The position numbers and the translations under genes were made by a program. 64,000 bases of DNA, taken from the sequence record KT184315.1; one strand, written 5' to 3'. Shown in pieces: positions 1 through 8,840 of this stretch. Source of the DNA: Enterobacteria phage KhF3. The first letter of the stretch is position 1; each line of letters opens with the position of its first letter. The notes beneath the pieces are model-generated. The model worked only from the letters and a program-made list of their open reading frames with translations, was not told the DNA's origin and did no database searches.

Positions 1-394
1 CATTTTGTGAAAAAATGTATTCAAGTCTGTTTGTTTCTTTATTAACTGTCATTGGAGATTGAAATGCAGTATCGAGGGTAATGAAAGCGGCTTCAATGCT
101 ATTAACATTGATACGTTTATTCTCGCAGTTATATAACTTTACACCCAAAAGGCATGAGCTGTCAAATGGAATTTTAACAATTTCACTACAATTTCCTGAA
201 ATAAACGGTTTTCCACTCATTGGTGCATCAAGTAACCTGCAAATAGTGAAAACGTCAGAGACTCCACCATCACTAACATAACCTGAAAGGCTGACCCTTG
301 AGCCAGCCTCTACAGATAACTTGTCAGTAATGATAAGGACACCCCTATACGAATGCACTCGTGTAGCATTTGAAATAGAGATAACTTCAGCCAT
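1..394 (-). CDS. hypothetical protein, partial (runs off window start); possible head morphogenesis gene downstream of portal
   Basis: ATG at 392-394 overlaps the stop of the upstream ORF (TAATG); minus-strand frame stays open to position 1. Confidence 0.45.
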   Translation of the reverse strand, partial: MAEVISISNATRVHSYRGVLIITDKLSVEAGSRVSLSGYVSDGGVSDVFTICRLLDAPMSGKPFISGNCSEIVKIPFDSSCLLGVKLYNCENKRINVNSIEAAFITLDTAFQSPMTVNKETNRLEYIFSQN

Positions 395-1860
395 TATTTA
401 TTTGCCTTATTTGCTGTGCTTGGGTCTTTCGCTGAAGGTGTCTTTGCAGTACCTTCTCCAGCGGTCTTATAACCATCTCCTGAGCGGCTTTGGCTATTTG
501 GAGAAAGCTTTTCAGATACTGGCTGAGACTCATCAGCAGGAGGAAGACCAATATGCTCTCTAAGTTTGTTAGATAGCTCTTTGTCAACTTCCAAAGCACC
601 TACTGCAACAGTCTTCTGAATATAAGAACCAATTGCTTCAAGGTCTGGAGTTTCGATATCATCATATGTGATTTGTACATGTTCTTCATCATCCCACATA
701 TTAAGAGCATAAGTCTGTGCAACTAAATCACGGTTAATTACGTTCTTAATTTGCTTCAGCAGAATATCTACTGACATTGCTAGTAAACTCGTCTTAGAAT
801 CTGCAAGAGAGAATGAACCATATTTTGACTGACCCATAGCAAGAACATCTGACATAAATGCCATCATAATCTGCTTGGAATATCTGTCAATAATAGAACC
901 TGTATCGTATGCTTTAGCACCCTGTCTAGAAACTAATGAGAACTCAAAAATATCCTCTTTAGTATCTGGGTCGATATATCTAGGCCAGATTAAACCTGCT
1001 CTATCATTAGCAATCATATCGTTAACAACAGTTTTGCAGTATTGTACGAAAGCTTTCTTTTCAGGTTCTGCATTTTCATCTAGATAGTCTGGTGGTAAAC
1101 CAATCTTTGGCATACCTACTAAGTCTCTTGAAACGCCAACAGCCTCATACTCTTCAATCTGTACTTTATATTTCCACGGTACATAAGCATTAAGTAGTGG
1201 TGAACGACCTTCTGGATTTCCATATTCATCGTCATACTTAAACAGCATGAATTTAGCTCGTGGAAGTTTTCTTGTTAGAGGTCTTTCTCCAAGATTAATT
1301 GCTCCAGCAATATGTGAAACATTTCTCAGATTCTGTCTAACACCAGTAACTTTCCTAAAGTCTTCGTCAAAATACCACTTATCAAGTGTTGATTGGTTTC
1401 TGATTGGTAATTTAGCCCATCCAATTAGACCATCATCAAATTTAGACTGGTACTTTCCTTTTTTACCCTGACGTTTCTTATAAACCTTTTCGTTAACACA
1501 GAACCCATAAGTGCAGAATGACATTACAGAGTTAATAAAATCTGCCCAATCATGCTCCATGTCATCCATTAAAGAATTAAAGAAGTCTGCTCTTTCAAGC
1601 ATTTTAGGGTCTTGCTCTTTTCCCTTTGGAGGTACGAATCTCCAGTTGACTTTTCTGACAAACATCTTAATAATATTTACAGATGCTGCTACAGCAGGGT
1701 CACGCATCATTAATTGGAAAGTTTTAATACTTTCAGGGAACCTTAGTGCCTGACGAGGTTCTTCATAGATTCTTCCATTCTTAACCTTCAGACCCAAAGA
1801 ACCTACTTCACCCATTCTAAATGGTGGTAAGCTTTCTTGTGTTTCTGTAATATCTGCCAT
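394..1860 (-). CDS. putative portal protein
   Basis: About 490-aa ORF directly downstream of terminase large subunit, same strand; ATG 1858-1860 with AGGTGA RBS (track start 1869 is GTG); no diagnostic motif, assignment by position and size. Confidence 0.55.
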   Translation of the reverse strand: MADITETQESLPPFRMGEVGSLGLKVKNGRIYEEPRQALRFPESIKTFQLMMRDPAVAASVNIIKMFVRKVNWRFVPPKGKEQDPKMLERADFFNSLMDDMEHDWADFINSVMSFCTYGFCVNEKVYKKRQGKKGKYQSKFDDGLIGWAKLPIRNQSTLDKWYFDEDFRKVTGVRQNLRNVSHIAGAINLGERPLTRKLPRAKFMLFKYDDEYGNPEGRSPLLNAYVPWKYKVQIEEYEAVGVSRDLVGMPKIGLPPDYLDENAEPEKKAFVQYCKTVVNDMIANDRAGLIWPRYIDPDTKEDIFEFSLVSRQGAKAYDTGSIIDRYSKQIMMAFMSDVLAMGQSKYGSFSLADSKTSLLAMSVDILLKQIKNVINRDLVAQTYALNMWDDEEHVQITYDDIETPDLEAIGSYIQKTVAVGALEVDKELSNKLREHIGLPPADESQPVSEKLSPNSQSRSGDGYKTAGEGTAKTPSAKDPSTANKANK

Positions 1861-1876
1861 TCTTCTCACCTAGCTA

Positions 1877-3478
1877 TCAACGTCTAAGCCCCTCATACGG
1901 GTTTCCTCTCACTAAATCTGTGTGAGCACCCATTGATGGTGGCTTGAATAATTTAACTTCGTTAAGACTGTTGAAAGCATCACTGGTAGCATCCACTTGG
2001 TCATCTTTAGTTTTGCCGTCACCACAAAAACCTTCAAGTTCTTGAAAGTAAGCTTCATTCCAACTACCTCTCAAGACTTTTACAAGTCCAGCTTCAGAAG
2101 CAGCAGAAAATCCCGCAAAGCGGGTAACTTTATCTTTATTTGTTGGTTTGGCTCTTGCTCGATAACCTTTCTCGGCAAGTTTCCTGATTAGGGATGTTGC
2201 GTAGGATTTACCAGCAGCGCCTGGGTCTTGAGGGATAAAAATACCAGTTCGCTTACCGTCACTTTCAGCAGTCAAATTAATTTGTGTTTCGACTCCAGAG
2301 GGTCTATCTCTAAATCTTACTACATCAATGATATAATAGCAACCGTCTTTTTTAGATTTACCCATCTTAACACCTGCTGTCCAGTCTGGATTAGGGTTAA
2401 TCTCAGATGGTAAAGTTGCTGCTAAGTCCCATGCTCTAACATCGAATACATCTTCTGGGAGTGAATCAACAATCTCACACCATTGTCTTTGCCAATAGTT
2501 TGAACCTTCTGCACGAGCCTTCCAGTTACCGAAACGAAGTCTTGCAACGTTTACAGGGGTGTTGTTTTCCAACTTACCACGGTACTTAGGCTCTAAGAAG
2601 TCAAGGATTGGGTTATCATCAATCGTACCAGAGATGAATGTATATGTTTGAGGAATCTCAAGAGGAAACATTTCAAGAATCTTGTCTCTCTCCCAATCAG
2701 AAACCATAACACCATCATTCATTACATACCAACGAATACGACCACACTTTTCAGGGTCTGGGTAGCCTTCTTCATCTAAGAATGGTTCTACCCAATCGTA
2801 AATAAAGTGGTCTCTGTCTGGGTTCATAGAAATCTTCATGTATGAATCACCTTCAGCCCCAGAACGTAGACGAGTCTGTAGGTATGAAATCTGTGAAGCA
2901 GAGAAGTGTGTACCTTCGTCAAAGTAAATAGCTGAGTATTCAATACCCTGATGACCTTCAGCGTGCTTTTCAAGTTCTAGATAGGTAAACTTGATAGTTG
3001 CCCCAGAAGGGAATGTGATAGTCATCTTCTGCTCGTGAGGAACCCCACCAAACTTACCAAATAGTTTCTTTGCAGCAGGCCATAAACCACCTTGTAACTG
3101 TGTTGTATTTCGACGGAAATATACAGCATTATAGTTAGGGTCTTCAATAAACCTTAAAGAGTCCATTAACAATGCAGCAGTCTTACCAGCACCCGCAGCA
3201 CCACCATAGAGAACCAAGTCAGCATTAGTATTTAAAAAGACCTCTTGAGAACCCGGCTGAGGGGCTACATAGTTCTTATCAGTCATCAATTTGAAGATAA
3301 GTCTAACTTGGTCTGGTGTGTATCTTAATAAAGTCAGAATTTGAGTTGGAAGGAATTTAGAGGGGTCTTTACCGAATGATTTGATAATTTCTTTTACTTC
3401 ATCAGAAAGCCCCAACTCTCCAGCTAGGACTTTCCTAACATCTTCCACTCGCTTCTGCTTAACAGCATTTAAGTCCAT
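1877..3478 (-). CDS. terL: terminase large subunit
   Basis: Walker A-like GGAAGAGKT near N-terminus, size about 530 aa; ATG 3476-3478 with GGAGGTG RBS (track start 3493 is TTG). Confidence 0.8.
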   Translation of the reverse strand: MDLNAVKQKRVEDVRKVLAGELGLSDEVKEIIKSFGKDPSKFLPTQILTLLRYTPDQVRLIFKLMTDKNYVAPQPGSQEVFLNTNADLVLYGGAAGAGKTAALLMDSLRFIEDPNYNAVYFRRNTTQLQGGLWPAAKKLFGKFGGVPHEQKMTITFPSGATIKFTYLELEKHAEGHQGIEYSAIYFDEGTHFSASQISYLQTRLRSGAEGDSYMKISMNPDRDHFIYDWVEPFLDEEGYPDPEKCGRIRWYVMNDGVMVSDWERDKILEMFPLEIPQTYTFISGTIDDNPILDFLEPKYRGKLENNTPVNVARLRFGNWKARAEGSNYWQRQWCEIVDSLPEDVFDVRAWDLAATLPSEINPNPDWTAGVKMGKSKKDGCYYIIDVVRFRDRPSGVETQINLTAESDGKRTGIFIPQDPGAAGKSYATSLIRKLAEKGYRARAKPTNKDKVTRFAGFSAASEAGLVKVLRGSWNEAYFQELEGFCGDGKTKDDQVDATSDAFNSLNEVKLFKPPSMGAHTDLVRGNPYEGLRR

Positions 3479-3499
3479 TAAGCACCTCCGCAAATAGAA

Positions 3500-3700
3500 T
3501 TATTCAGAGTCTGTAGCAGTCTCTTCTTTCTTAACTTCGAACTTTGCATCAACAGCATCAAGAAGTGCATCCATAGATGCTTCTTTAATATCAATGCCTG
3601 TTGCTACAGATAATCTGTCTGCAATTGCCATGATAGTATTCTGCATAAATTCTAGCTTCTTGTTAGCTTCATAAAGTTCTTTATAAACGGTCTCGCTCAT
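3500..3700 (-). CDS. hypothetical small protein
   Basis: 66-aa ORF with GGAGAA RBS, upstream of terL. Confidence 0.4.
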   Translation of the reverse strand: MSETVYKELYEANKKLEFMQNTIMAIADRLSVATGIDIKEASMDALLDAVDAKFEVKKEETATDSE

Positions 3701-3736
3701 TATGTTTTCTCCAAATAATTAACCATGTTTCCCCTT

Positions 3737-3760
3737 AAAAAAGACGGCACAGAGACCGTC
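3737..3760 (-). terminator. rho-independent terminator-like hairpin
   Basis: Minus-sense GACGG-loop-CCGTC followed by T6. Confidence 0.5.
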
Positions 3761-3922
3761 AAGGAGAAACCACAATGTACGTCAGAGACATACTGTATAA
3801 GTCTTCTTATAAAGTATAGCTCTGTAAAAAAGCCCTGTCTAAAAATACTCTTCGGTAGCGAAAGGAAGAATACTTATAGCAGGGCATTATTATTATTTTA
3901 ATTGAGAGAGAGTAAAATAACT

Positions 3923-3998
3923 TGGAGAATCCGAAGGGACTCGAACCCTTATAAACCTGTTTTGCAGACAGGAACATAGCCATTTCTGTCACGGATTC
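3923..3998 (-). tRNA. tRNA-Cys (anticodon GCA)
   Basis: Manual cloverleaf on reverse complement: 7-bp acceptor, T-loop, anticodon loop CTGCAAA, CCA encoded. Confidence 0.7.
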
Positions 3999-4002
3999 AA
4001 AT

Positions 4003-4095
4003 TGGAGGAAGATACCAGACTTGAACTGGTACACCGATTTCTCAGCTACTGGCAGTTTAGCAAACTGCTCCCTTACCTTTTAGGGTTAATCTTCC
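4003..4095 (-). tRNA. tRNA-Ser (anticodon GCT), class II
   Basis: Acceptor GGAAGAT/ATCTTCC, anticodon stem GCAGT/ACTGC loop TTGCTAA, long variable arm. Confidence 0.7.
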
Positions 4096-4096
4096 A

Positions 4097-4831
4097 TTAT
4101 TTCTGTAATGCGTTCTTCATTTCTGGTGTTGCAATAGTGTCAATCACACCAGTTTTACAAGCATCATCAAACCAGTCTGGTAAGATACCTGCTAAGAACC
4201 CATTGATATTCGTTTTAAGGTACTCTGCAATAAGAGCAGCTTCTTCTTCAATCATCTGCACAACTTCATCTGCATAAGCTGTAATCTTCGAAATACCTTC
4301 ATTAATCTTACTAACAGCTTGGTTAGCTAAATCAGAAATAGTATCAAGACCTTTGTCAATAGCATCTTGTAAGTCACTTAATACATCATTAACGACATCT
4401 AGTGCACTGTTAATTGTGTCAATAGCTTTTTGACCATATTCTGTAGCAACGCCCATAATACCACTAAACGGTGTACAGCCAACTTGTTCCCCTGCTGCAC
4501 CCATAACATTGGAATACCCCTTTGCTACCTGCATACGTGATGAAAACTCATCAATAGACTTTTGACCATAGTCTGTTAAGGTCTTAGTAGTCGCTGTAGT
4601 GCTTGTAAGGCTTGTTGTAAAGCTGTTTAGAAGGACTGTTGTAAGTCCAGCAGCAACAAGTTTCTCCTTCATTGTAGGGTCTGTTACAGAGCTAATAGAA
4701 CTTACAAGTGATGTAGAGGCAGCTACGGTTCCACCGAGAACTGCTGCACCAGTAATAAGGGGATTAGAAAACCCTCTACCGGTTTTTAAGAGATTAAAAA
4801 TCTCCTTACCTTGTTCTGTCATCTCTTTCAT
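4097..4831 (-). CDS. hypothetical Ser/Thr-rich protein
   Basis: Track ORF 4097..4894 uses GTG inside tRNA-Phe; in-frame ATG at 4829-4831 with AAAGGTG RBS avoids the overlap. Confidence 0.5.
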   Translation of the reverse strand: MKEMTEQGKEIFNLLKTGRGFSNPLITGAAVLGGTVAASTSLVSSISSVTDPTMKEKLVAAGLTTVLLNSFTTSLTSTTATTKTLTDYGQKSIDEFSSRMQVAKGYSNVMGAAGEQVGCTPFSGIMGVATEYGQKAIDTINSALDVVNDVLSDLQDAIDKGLDTISDLANQAVSKINEGISKITAYADEVVQMIEEEAALIAEYLKTNINGFLAGILPDWFDDACKTGVIDTIATPEMKNALQK

Positions 4832-4847
4832 TAAGCACCTTTGTAAT

Positions 4848-4924
4848 TGGTAGTCCAGTGGGATTTGAACCCTCTTCTCATGTTTTTCAGACACGCGCTT
4901 TAACCATATAAGCTACTTGGACTA
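4848..4924 (-). tRNA. tRNA-Phe (anticodon GAA)
   Basis: Acceptor TAGTCCA/TGGACTA, anticodon loop CTGAAAA; D-arm imperfect. Confidence 0.6.
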
Positions 4925-4929
4925 TAAAT

Positions 4930-5005
4930 TGGGGTGACCTACGGGATTTGAACCCGTATAGACCATGTTCACAGCATGGGTCATTACCATTTATGATAAG
5001 GCCAC
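4930..5005 (-). tRNA. tRNA-His (anticodon GTG)
   Basis: Anticodon stem CCATG/CATGG loop CTGTGAA; CCA encoded. Confidence 0.7.
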
Positions 5006-5036
5006 ATTTAAGGACTCTCGTAAGAATCCTTAGAAG

Positions 5037-5112
5037 TGGCAGCGGCATAAGGATTTGAACCTTAATAGGACAGCTTCAGAGACTGTTGCATTGCCAGTTA
5101 TGCTATACCGCT
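5037..5112 (-). tRNA. tRNA-Gln (anticodon CTG)
   Basis: Full cloverleaf, anticodon loop CTCTGAA. Confidence 0.7.
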
Positions 5113-5117
5113 AAATT

Positions 5118-5196
5118 TGGTACTCCATATCGGATTCGAACCGATACATAACACAGATTTTAAGTCTGGCCTCTCTGCCAATTGGAGTAATGGAGC
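5118..5196 (-). tRNA. tRNA with anticodon TAA (Leu by anticodon), short variable arm
   Basis: Acceptor GCTCCAT/ATGGAGT, T-arm ATCGG-TTCGAAT-CCGAT, anticodon loop CTTAAAA, discriminator A, 76 nt without CCA. Confidence 0.55.
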
Positions 5197-5198
5197 AT

Positions 5199-5274
5199 TG
5201 GCGGGGGATGTTGGAATTGAACCAACTTCTTCGATTTCAAAGACCGAGGTTTTAACCTTGTAAACTAATCCCCT
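5199..5274 (-). tRNA. tRNA-Gln (anticodon TTG)
   Basis: Anticodon stem TCGGT/ATCGA loop CTTTGAA; position 1-72 mismatch. Confidence 0.7.
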
Positions 5275-5282
5275 TTAAATCT

Positions 5283-5840
5283 TTACTTTCTCAGTGGATG
5301 AATAAAGAATGCCAACATAACTCTTTCCCTTGAGAATGCTCTTTCTTCTGGGACAACACTTTTTAGTTTCCATCCAATATAAATTCTCCAGTAAAACTGT
5401 TTACCAAAGACTTTAATTGATGGGATAAAGGCGAATAATCCCCAAGCATTACTGTTCCACATTAGGAGATAACCAGTCTGATTATCTTCAGGGTCAGAAC
5501 TTACGTTGATATTACCTTTCCACTTAGTAACATCTTTTACATCTCTTCCTAATACATGGTAAGAGAAGTTATAAGCTTTGTTTCTCCAGAGCCATCCGAC
5601 TCTTTGCATGTAGACGCCTAGTTTACCAATCCATCTAATATTAGCCCATCTTTTAACGTGACCTTCATCACCATCAATTGGGTTGTCATATGTCTCCATC
5701 CATCTGAACCCGAAAGGTAAGTGTCCTTTCTTCTCACTGTAGAATGGAACTACAAAAGGTGCTAAGATAACTGCTAAGATTGCTGCAAATGGTTCTAACA
5801 AAGCTAAGAAAATCCATGAAGCATACTTTAAGTATCTCAT
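5283..5840 (-). CDS. hypothetical membrane protein
   Basis: 185-aa ORF with hydrophobic N-terminus, between tRNA blocks. Confidence 0.5.
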   Translation of the reverse strand: MRYLKYASWIFLALLEPFAAILAVILAPFVVPFYSEKKGHLPFGFRWMETYDNPIDGDEGHVKRWANIRWIGKLGVYMQRVGWLWRNKAYNFSYHVLGRDVKDVTKWKGNINVSSDPEDNQTGYLLMWNSNAWGLFAFIPSIKVFGKQFYWRIYIGWKLKSVVPEERAFSRERVMLAFFIHPLRK

Positions 5841-6079
5841 TGTCTAATCCTCGTAAGGAGGTAAATGTTATTATTCGTTTCTAAACCTTCTGGTAAAACT
5901 ATCTCAAAAATAACACTCTTCAGATGTCTACCACCAAAACAATCACGTATAAATCTTTCTACTCTAGCGGGGTCACATAAGTATCCCACTTTTAAGAAAA
6001 TGTGGTGTTCAACACCAATGACCCTGACAAACTCAATACTCTCACAGTTTTCATGTTCAACTACTGTTAATGTTTGCAT
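5837..6079 (-). CDS. hypothetical protein
   Basis: 80-aa ORF, stop overlaps downstream start. Confidence 0.4.
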   Translation of the reverse strand: MQTLTVVEHENCESIEFVRVIGVEHHIFLKVGYLCDPARVERFIRDCFGGRHLKSVIFEIVLPEGLETNNNIYLLTRIRQ

Positions 6080-6096
6080 AGTATCACCTTTTTATC

Positions 6097-6172
6097 TGGC
6101 GCAGGATAAGGGATTCGAACCCCTATTAACAGCTTCGTAGACTGTTGCTCTTTCCATTTGAACTAATCCTGC
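6097..6172 (-). tRNA. tRNA-Arg (anticodon ACG)
   Basis: Anticodon stem ACAGT/GCTGT loop CTACGAA. Confidence 0.7.
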
Positions 6173-6177
6173 AAAAT

Positions 6178-6255
6178 TGGTGTTCCAAGACGGATTCGAA
6201 CCGTCACTAATACAAGGTTTGAGCTTGCATCCTCTGCCAATTGGGATACTGGAAC
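6178..6255 (-). tRNA. tRNA with anticodon CAA (Leu by anticodon), short variable arm
   Basis: Acceptor GTTCCAG/TTGGAAC, anticodon stem GCAAG/CTTGT loop CTCAAAC, T-arm GACGG-TTCGAAT-CCGTC, discriminator A. Confidence 0.55.
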
Positions 6256-6256
6256 A

Positions 6257-6331
6257 TGGTACTCACTAAAGGACTTGAACCTTTTTCTTCATCTTGTAAG
6301 GGTGATGTTTTACCATATAAACTAAGCGAGT
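6257..6331 (-). tRNA. tRNA-Val (anticodon TAC)
   Basis: Anticodon loop CTTACAA, D-stem GTTT/AAAC, discriminator A. Confidence 0.65.
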
Positions 6332-6427
6332 ATGAAAGAGGTCTGGAGTTGTGCCGCTAACTCAACTCCGTGGAATTTGTTACGGTCTTCAGTTGACTCA
6401 AAGCGGTCTTTCACTTGACCTCTGAAT
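6332..6427 (-). other. structured spacer element (not a canonical tRNA)
   Basis: No T-loop; ends pair GAGGTC/GACCTC; internal 7-bp hairpin GGAGTTG/CAACTCC; contains GAAGACCGT motif shared with other spacers. Confidence 0.3.
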
Positions 6428-6503
6428 TGGTGCTCCCACAAGGACTCGAACCCTGATAAGTTGCTTACAAGGCAACCGTAATAACCAATTATACGATAGG
6501 AGC
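6428..6503 (-). tRNA. tRNA-Thr (anticodon TGT)
   Basis: Anticodon stem GTTGC/GCAAC loop CTTGTAA. Confidence 0.7.
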
Positions 6504-6510
6504 ATTAATT

Positions 6511-6585
6511 TGGAGCATCCAGAGGGAATCGAACCCTCAACCTCAGTTTGGAAGACTGTAATTTTCCCGTTTAAACTATGGATGC
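6511..6585 (-). tRNA. tRNA-Gly (anticodon TCC)
   Basis: Anticodon loop CTTCCAA, discriminator T. Confidence 0.65.
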
Positions 6586-6591
6586 ACTAAT

Positions 6592-6667
6592 TGGTGGAGT
6601 CACCGAGAATTGAACTCGGTTCCCAAGTTTGCAAAACTCGAATTTTAACCATATAAACTATGACCCC
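6592..6667 (-). tRNA. tRNA-Ala (anticodon TGC)
   Basis: Anticodon loop TTTGCAA; G3-U70 pair in acceptor stem. Confidence 0.7.
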
Positions 6668-6673
6668 ATTGTT

Positions 6674-6749
6674 TGGTACAGGTGGAGGGAATTGAACCCA
6701 TCGTCTTACTGATTAAGAGTCAGCCGCATAACCATTTTGCTACACCTGC
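6674..6749 (-). tRNA. tRNA-Lys (anticodon CTT)
   Basis: Acceptor and anticodon arm fold, but T-stem is only 3 GC pairs. Confidence 0.5.
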
Positions 6750-6756
6750 ATTAATT

Positions 6757-6833
6757 TGGTACACCTAGAGAGATTCGAACTCACACTGAGCAGATTCTAA
6801 GTCTGCTGCCTCTACCAGTTGGGCTATAGGTGC
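6757..6833 (-). tRNA. tRNA with anticodon TAG (Leu by anticodon), short variable arm
   Basis: Acceptor GCACCTA/TAGGTGT, anticodon stem GCAGA/TCTGC loop CTTAGAA, 5-nt variable loop, 74 nt without CCA. Confidence 0.55.
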
Positions 6834-7086
6834 ATTAAATCTTTTTAGAGAACTTCTAAGAACCTAAGCAACAAGGCTCCACAACAAGCTGTAATAACCT
6901 TAGAAGCCCTCTAAAAAGACCTAAATAGGTCTTTGCATAGTCTTGTTTAATCCGGTGACTAGAACCTTTGGAGAGCTTGATATTATCTCTTCTCCGTGAC
7001 ACCTACTAGGTGCTTTGACAGTGTACGACAATACACGAGGGATAAACCGACAATGCGAACAAGCATGGACGGAGTAAATCTTATTA

Positions 7087-7176
7087 GGCGGTAAGTAAAG
7101 GAGTCGAACCCTCACCGTATCTCTACAGTGGCAACTGTTTTCAAGACAGTTTGGCTACCATTAGCCGCTACCTACC
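7087..7176 (-). tRNA. tRNA-Ser (anticodon TGA), class II
   Basis: Acceptor GGTAGGT/ACTTACC, anticodon stem ACTGT/ACAGT loop CTTGAAA, long variable arm. Confidence 0.55.
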
Positions 7177-7189
7177 CCTAATAAGACTT

Positions 7190-7272
7190 TGGCATGGGAC
7201 GGAGGAGTTGAACCCCTTTGAAACGGTTTTGGAGGCCGTTGCTCATGCCTTAGAGTCTTAACATCGTCCCAT
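7190..7272 (-). tRNA. tRNA-Trp (anticodon CCA)
   Basis: Acceptor ATGGGAC/GTCCCAT, anticodon loop CTCCAAA; D region longer than usual. Confidence 0.5.
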
Positions 7273-7414
7273 ATTATAATTCGAAGCTTACCCTGTTATC
7301 TCAACACTGTCAAGCTTCTTCTCAGATTATTTACATGTTCTGGAAAACATGAGATACAGACCACCTCCCTACAGGAAGACCCGCTAAGGCCGTCTAAGTA
7401 ATCTGCTAACTATT

Positions 7415-7491
7415 TGGTACACCCTACAGGATTCGAACCTGTAACTAACGATTTAGAAGACCGTTGCTCTATCCAATTGAACTAAGGGTGC
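7415..7491 (-). tRNA. tRNA-Arg (anticodon TCT)
   Basis: Anticodon stem ACGGT/ATCGT loop CTTCTAA. Confidence 0.7.
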
Positions 7492-7737
7492 ATTATCTTT
7501 AAAGACTCTCTTAGAAAGCCCTTAAAGATGCCCACCTTATTAATCATACCGTGGGCGAGTACGCCAAATTCTTTGATGAGGGATTGGAAGACCTCACTGG
7601 TGTTTAGCCTATCAAGCTACTGCCAGAAAAACATTGTCGTTTGCATTTATTTTAAATTTGCAAAATAGACGCTACGCAACGAAAACTAAGGTTACTATAA
7701 AGTAGTCACATCTCAATGTCAACAACTTTATTGAAAT

Positions 7738-7813
7738 TGGTACTGGTAGGTGGAATCGAACCACCGATGTTCCCTTATCAGGGGAGTGTTATAACCTTCT
7801 TAACTATACCAGC
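7738..7813 (-). tRNA. tRNA-Ile (anticodon GAT)
   Basis: Anticodon loop CTGATAA, T-stem GGTGG/CCACC. Confidence 0.65.
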
Positions 7814-7814
7814 T

Positions 7815-7891
7815 TGGAGGTTCAGATGGGAATCGAACCCACATTCATAGGGCTTATGAGACCCTTGCATTACCTTATCTGCGACTGAACC
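7815..7891 (-). tRNA. tRNA-Met (anticodon CAT), elongator-like
   Basis: Acceptor GGTTCAG/CTGAACC fully paired, anticodon loop CTCATAA. Confidence 0.65.
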
Positions 7892-7969
7892 AGAATAAGT
7901 ACCCTAGTTAGAGAAACTGTTGAGTGGGTGTTTCCAGCCGCGCAGGTGTTTCTCAGTTAAGGGTGAATT

Positions 7970-8045
7970 TGGTAGAAGTGGAGGGATTCGAACCCATCGC
8001 CTGTCAGATTAAAAGTCTGCCGCATCACCATTCTGCTACACTTCC
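7970..8045 (-). tRNA. tRNA-Lys (anticodon TTT)
   Basis: Anticodon loop CTTTTAA; T-stem weak, same T-arm sequence as the CTT copy. Confidence 0.55.
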
Positions 8046-8050
8046 ATTAA

Positions 8051-8192
8051 ATTATCTTTGTAGATAAGCTACCCAGACTTGCTTAAGGTCTGTAGCGATG
8101 TGCCTTTTTGGGTTTAAATCTAGAATTTACCCTTTCACCCTTTGTGGTCGCATACTCACAGGTAAGCTTAATAACTTATCTACAAAGATAAT
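8051..8192. repeat. perfect 17-bp inverted repeat flanking about 108 bp
   Basis: ATTATCTTTGTAGATAA at 8051-8067 and its exact reverse complement at 8176-8192. Confidence 0.8.
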
Positions 8193-8194
8193 TA

Positions 8195-8326
8195 CCAGAC
8201 CGTTGTTTATCATCTTAAGTGCTACCATTACACCAACTCGACATCTGCCGAGTGAAGGAATCGAACCTTCGCCTTTTCTTTACCGGAGAAATAGATTGTT
8301 TAAGTTTTGCTGTAAACGGTCTTCTG
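8195..8326 (-). ncRNA. candidate structured small RNA with tRNA-like module
   Basis: Closing stem CCAGACCG / CGGTCTTCTG; inside, T-arm GAAGG-TTCGATT-CCTTC followed by an ACTCGGC/GTCGAGT hairpin and a D-arm-like GTGTAATGGTAGCAC; order is not that of a canonical tRNA. Confidence 0.35.
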
Positions 8327-8339
8327 TAAAATTGTTGAG

Positions 8340-8418
8340 CCAGACCAAGTTTTATAAATTTTTTCAAAATTAAATTGGCTTGAAAATATCATACGTACTT
8401 GCTGAATTTGGTCTTCTG
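8340..8418 (-). other. inverted-repeat-bounded spacer element
   Basis: CCAGACCAAG ... TTGCTGAATTTGGTCTTCTG. Confidence 0.3.
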
Positions 8419-8505
8419 CTCCTTTAAAGAATACTCGTAAGAACTCTTTAAGGGAGGGGCTAAAATAGCCCTCTCAAACATCATTTTGAAATACTTATTA
8501 TAATT

Positions 8506-8583
8506 TGGCGGTTACGAAGGGATTTGAACCCTCATCATCTCCCGTGACAGGGGAGTATTTTAACCAGATTAAACTACATAACC
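8506..8583 (-). tRNA. tRNA-Asp (anticodon GTC)
   Basis: Anticodon stem CTCCC/GGGAG loop CTGTCAC, CCA encoded. Confidence 0.7.
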
Positions 8584-8589
8584 TTTATT

Positions 8590-8677
8590 TGGTGTGCCGT
8601 GTAGGAGTCGAACCTACCGAGTCTCAATGACAAGGGATTTACAGTCCCCACCGCTACCATCTACGGGATAACGACAC
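8590..8677 (-). tRNA. tRNA-Tyr (anticodon GTA), class II
   Basis: Anticodon loop CTGTAAA, long variable arm, T-stem GTAGG/CCTAC. Confidence 0.65.
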
Positions 8678-8686
8678 ATTTAAATT

Positions 8687-8763
8687 TGGCGGTTAGTCAG
8701 GGATTCGAACCCTGTGCCATTCGCTTAACAGGCGACCGCACATACCTTATGTGCTTCCTAACC
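8687..8763 (-). tRNA. tRNA-Asn (anticodon GTT)
   Basis: Anticodon loop CTGTTAA, T-arm CAGGG-TTCGAAT-CCCTG. Confidence 0.65.
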
Positions 8764-8774
8764 TTAATACATTG

Positions 8775-8834
8775 CCAGACCGTGTTTTTTCTTTTATCCG
8801 CAAAAAGTATTTTGTTGCTGAATACGGTCTTCTG
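8775..8834 (-). other. inverted-repeat-bounded spacer element
   Basis: CCAGACCG ... TTGCTGAATACGGTCTTCTG. Confidence 0.3.
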
Positions 8835-8840
8835 CAAAAT

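Noticed and set aside
387-599. Short ORFs antisense to or out of frame within large genes (for example 387..599, 875..1087, 1997..2191, 45650..45832, 52531..52740, 56508..56972)
   Set aside because: Embedded in long, well-supported coding regions on the other strand or frame; typical six-frame noise in AT-rich DNA.
5865-6140. Plus-strand ORFs in the tRNA array (5865..6140, 8098..8373, 8686..8925, 8840..9091) and minus ORF 6921..7115
   Set aside because: They overlap tRNA genes or structured spacers, mostly start with TTG/GTG, and lack ribosome-binding sites.
8195-8326. The tRNA-like module as an ordinary tRNA gene or a gene split by a simple insertion
   Set aside because: The T-arm lies 5-prime of the D-arm-like segment in transcript order and no anticodon arm could be folded, so neither a normal tRNA nor an insertion-disrupted tRNA fits.
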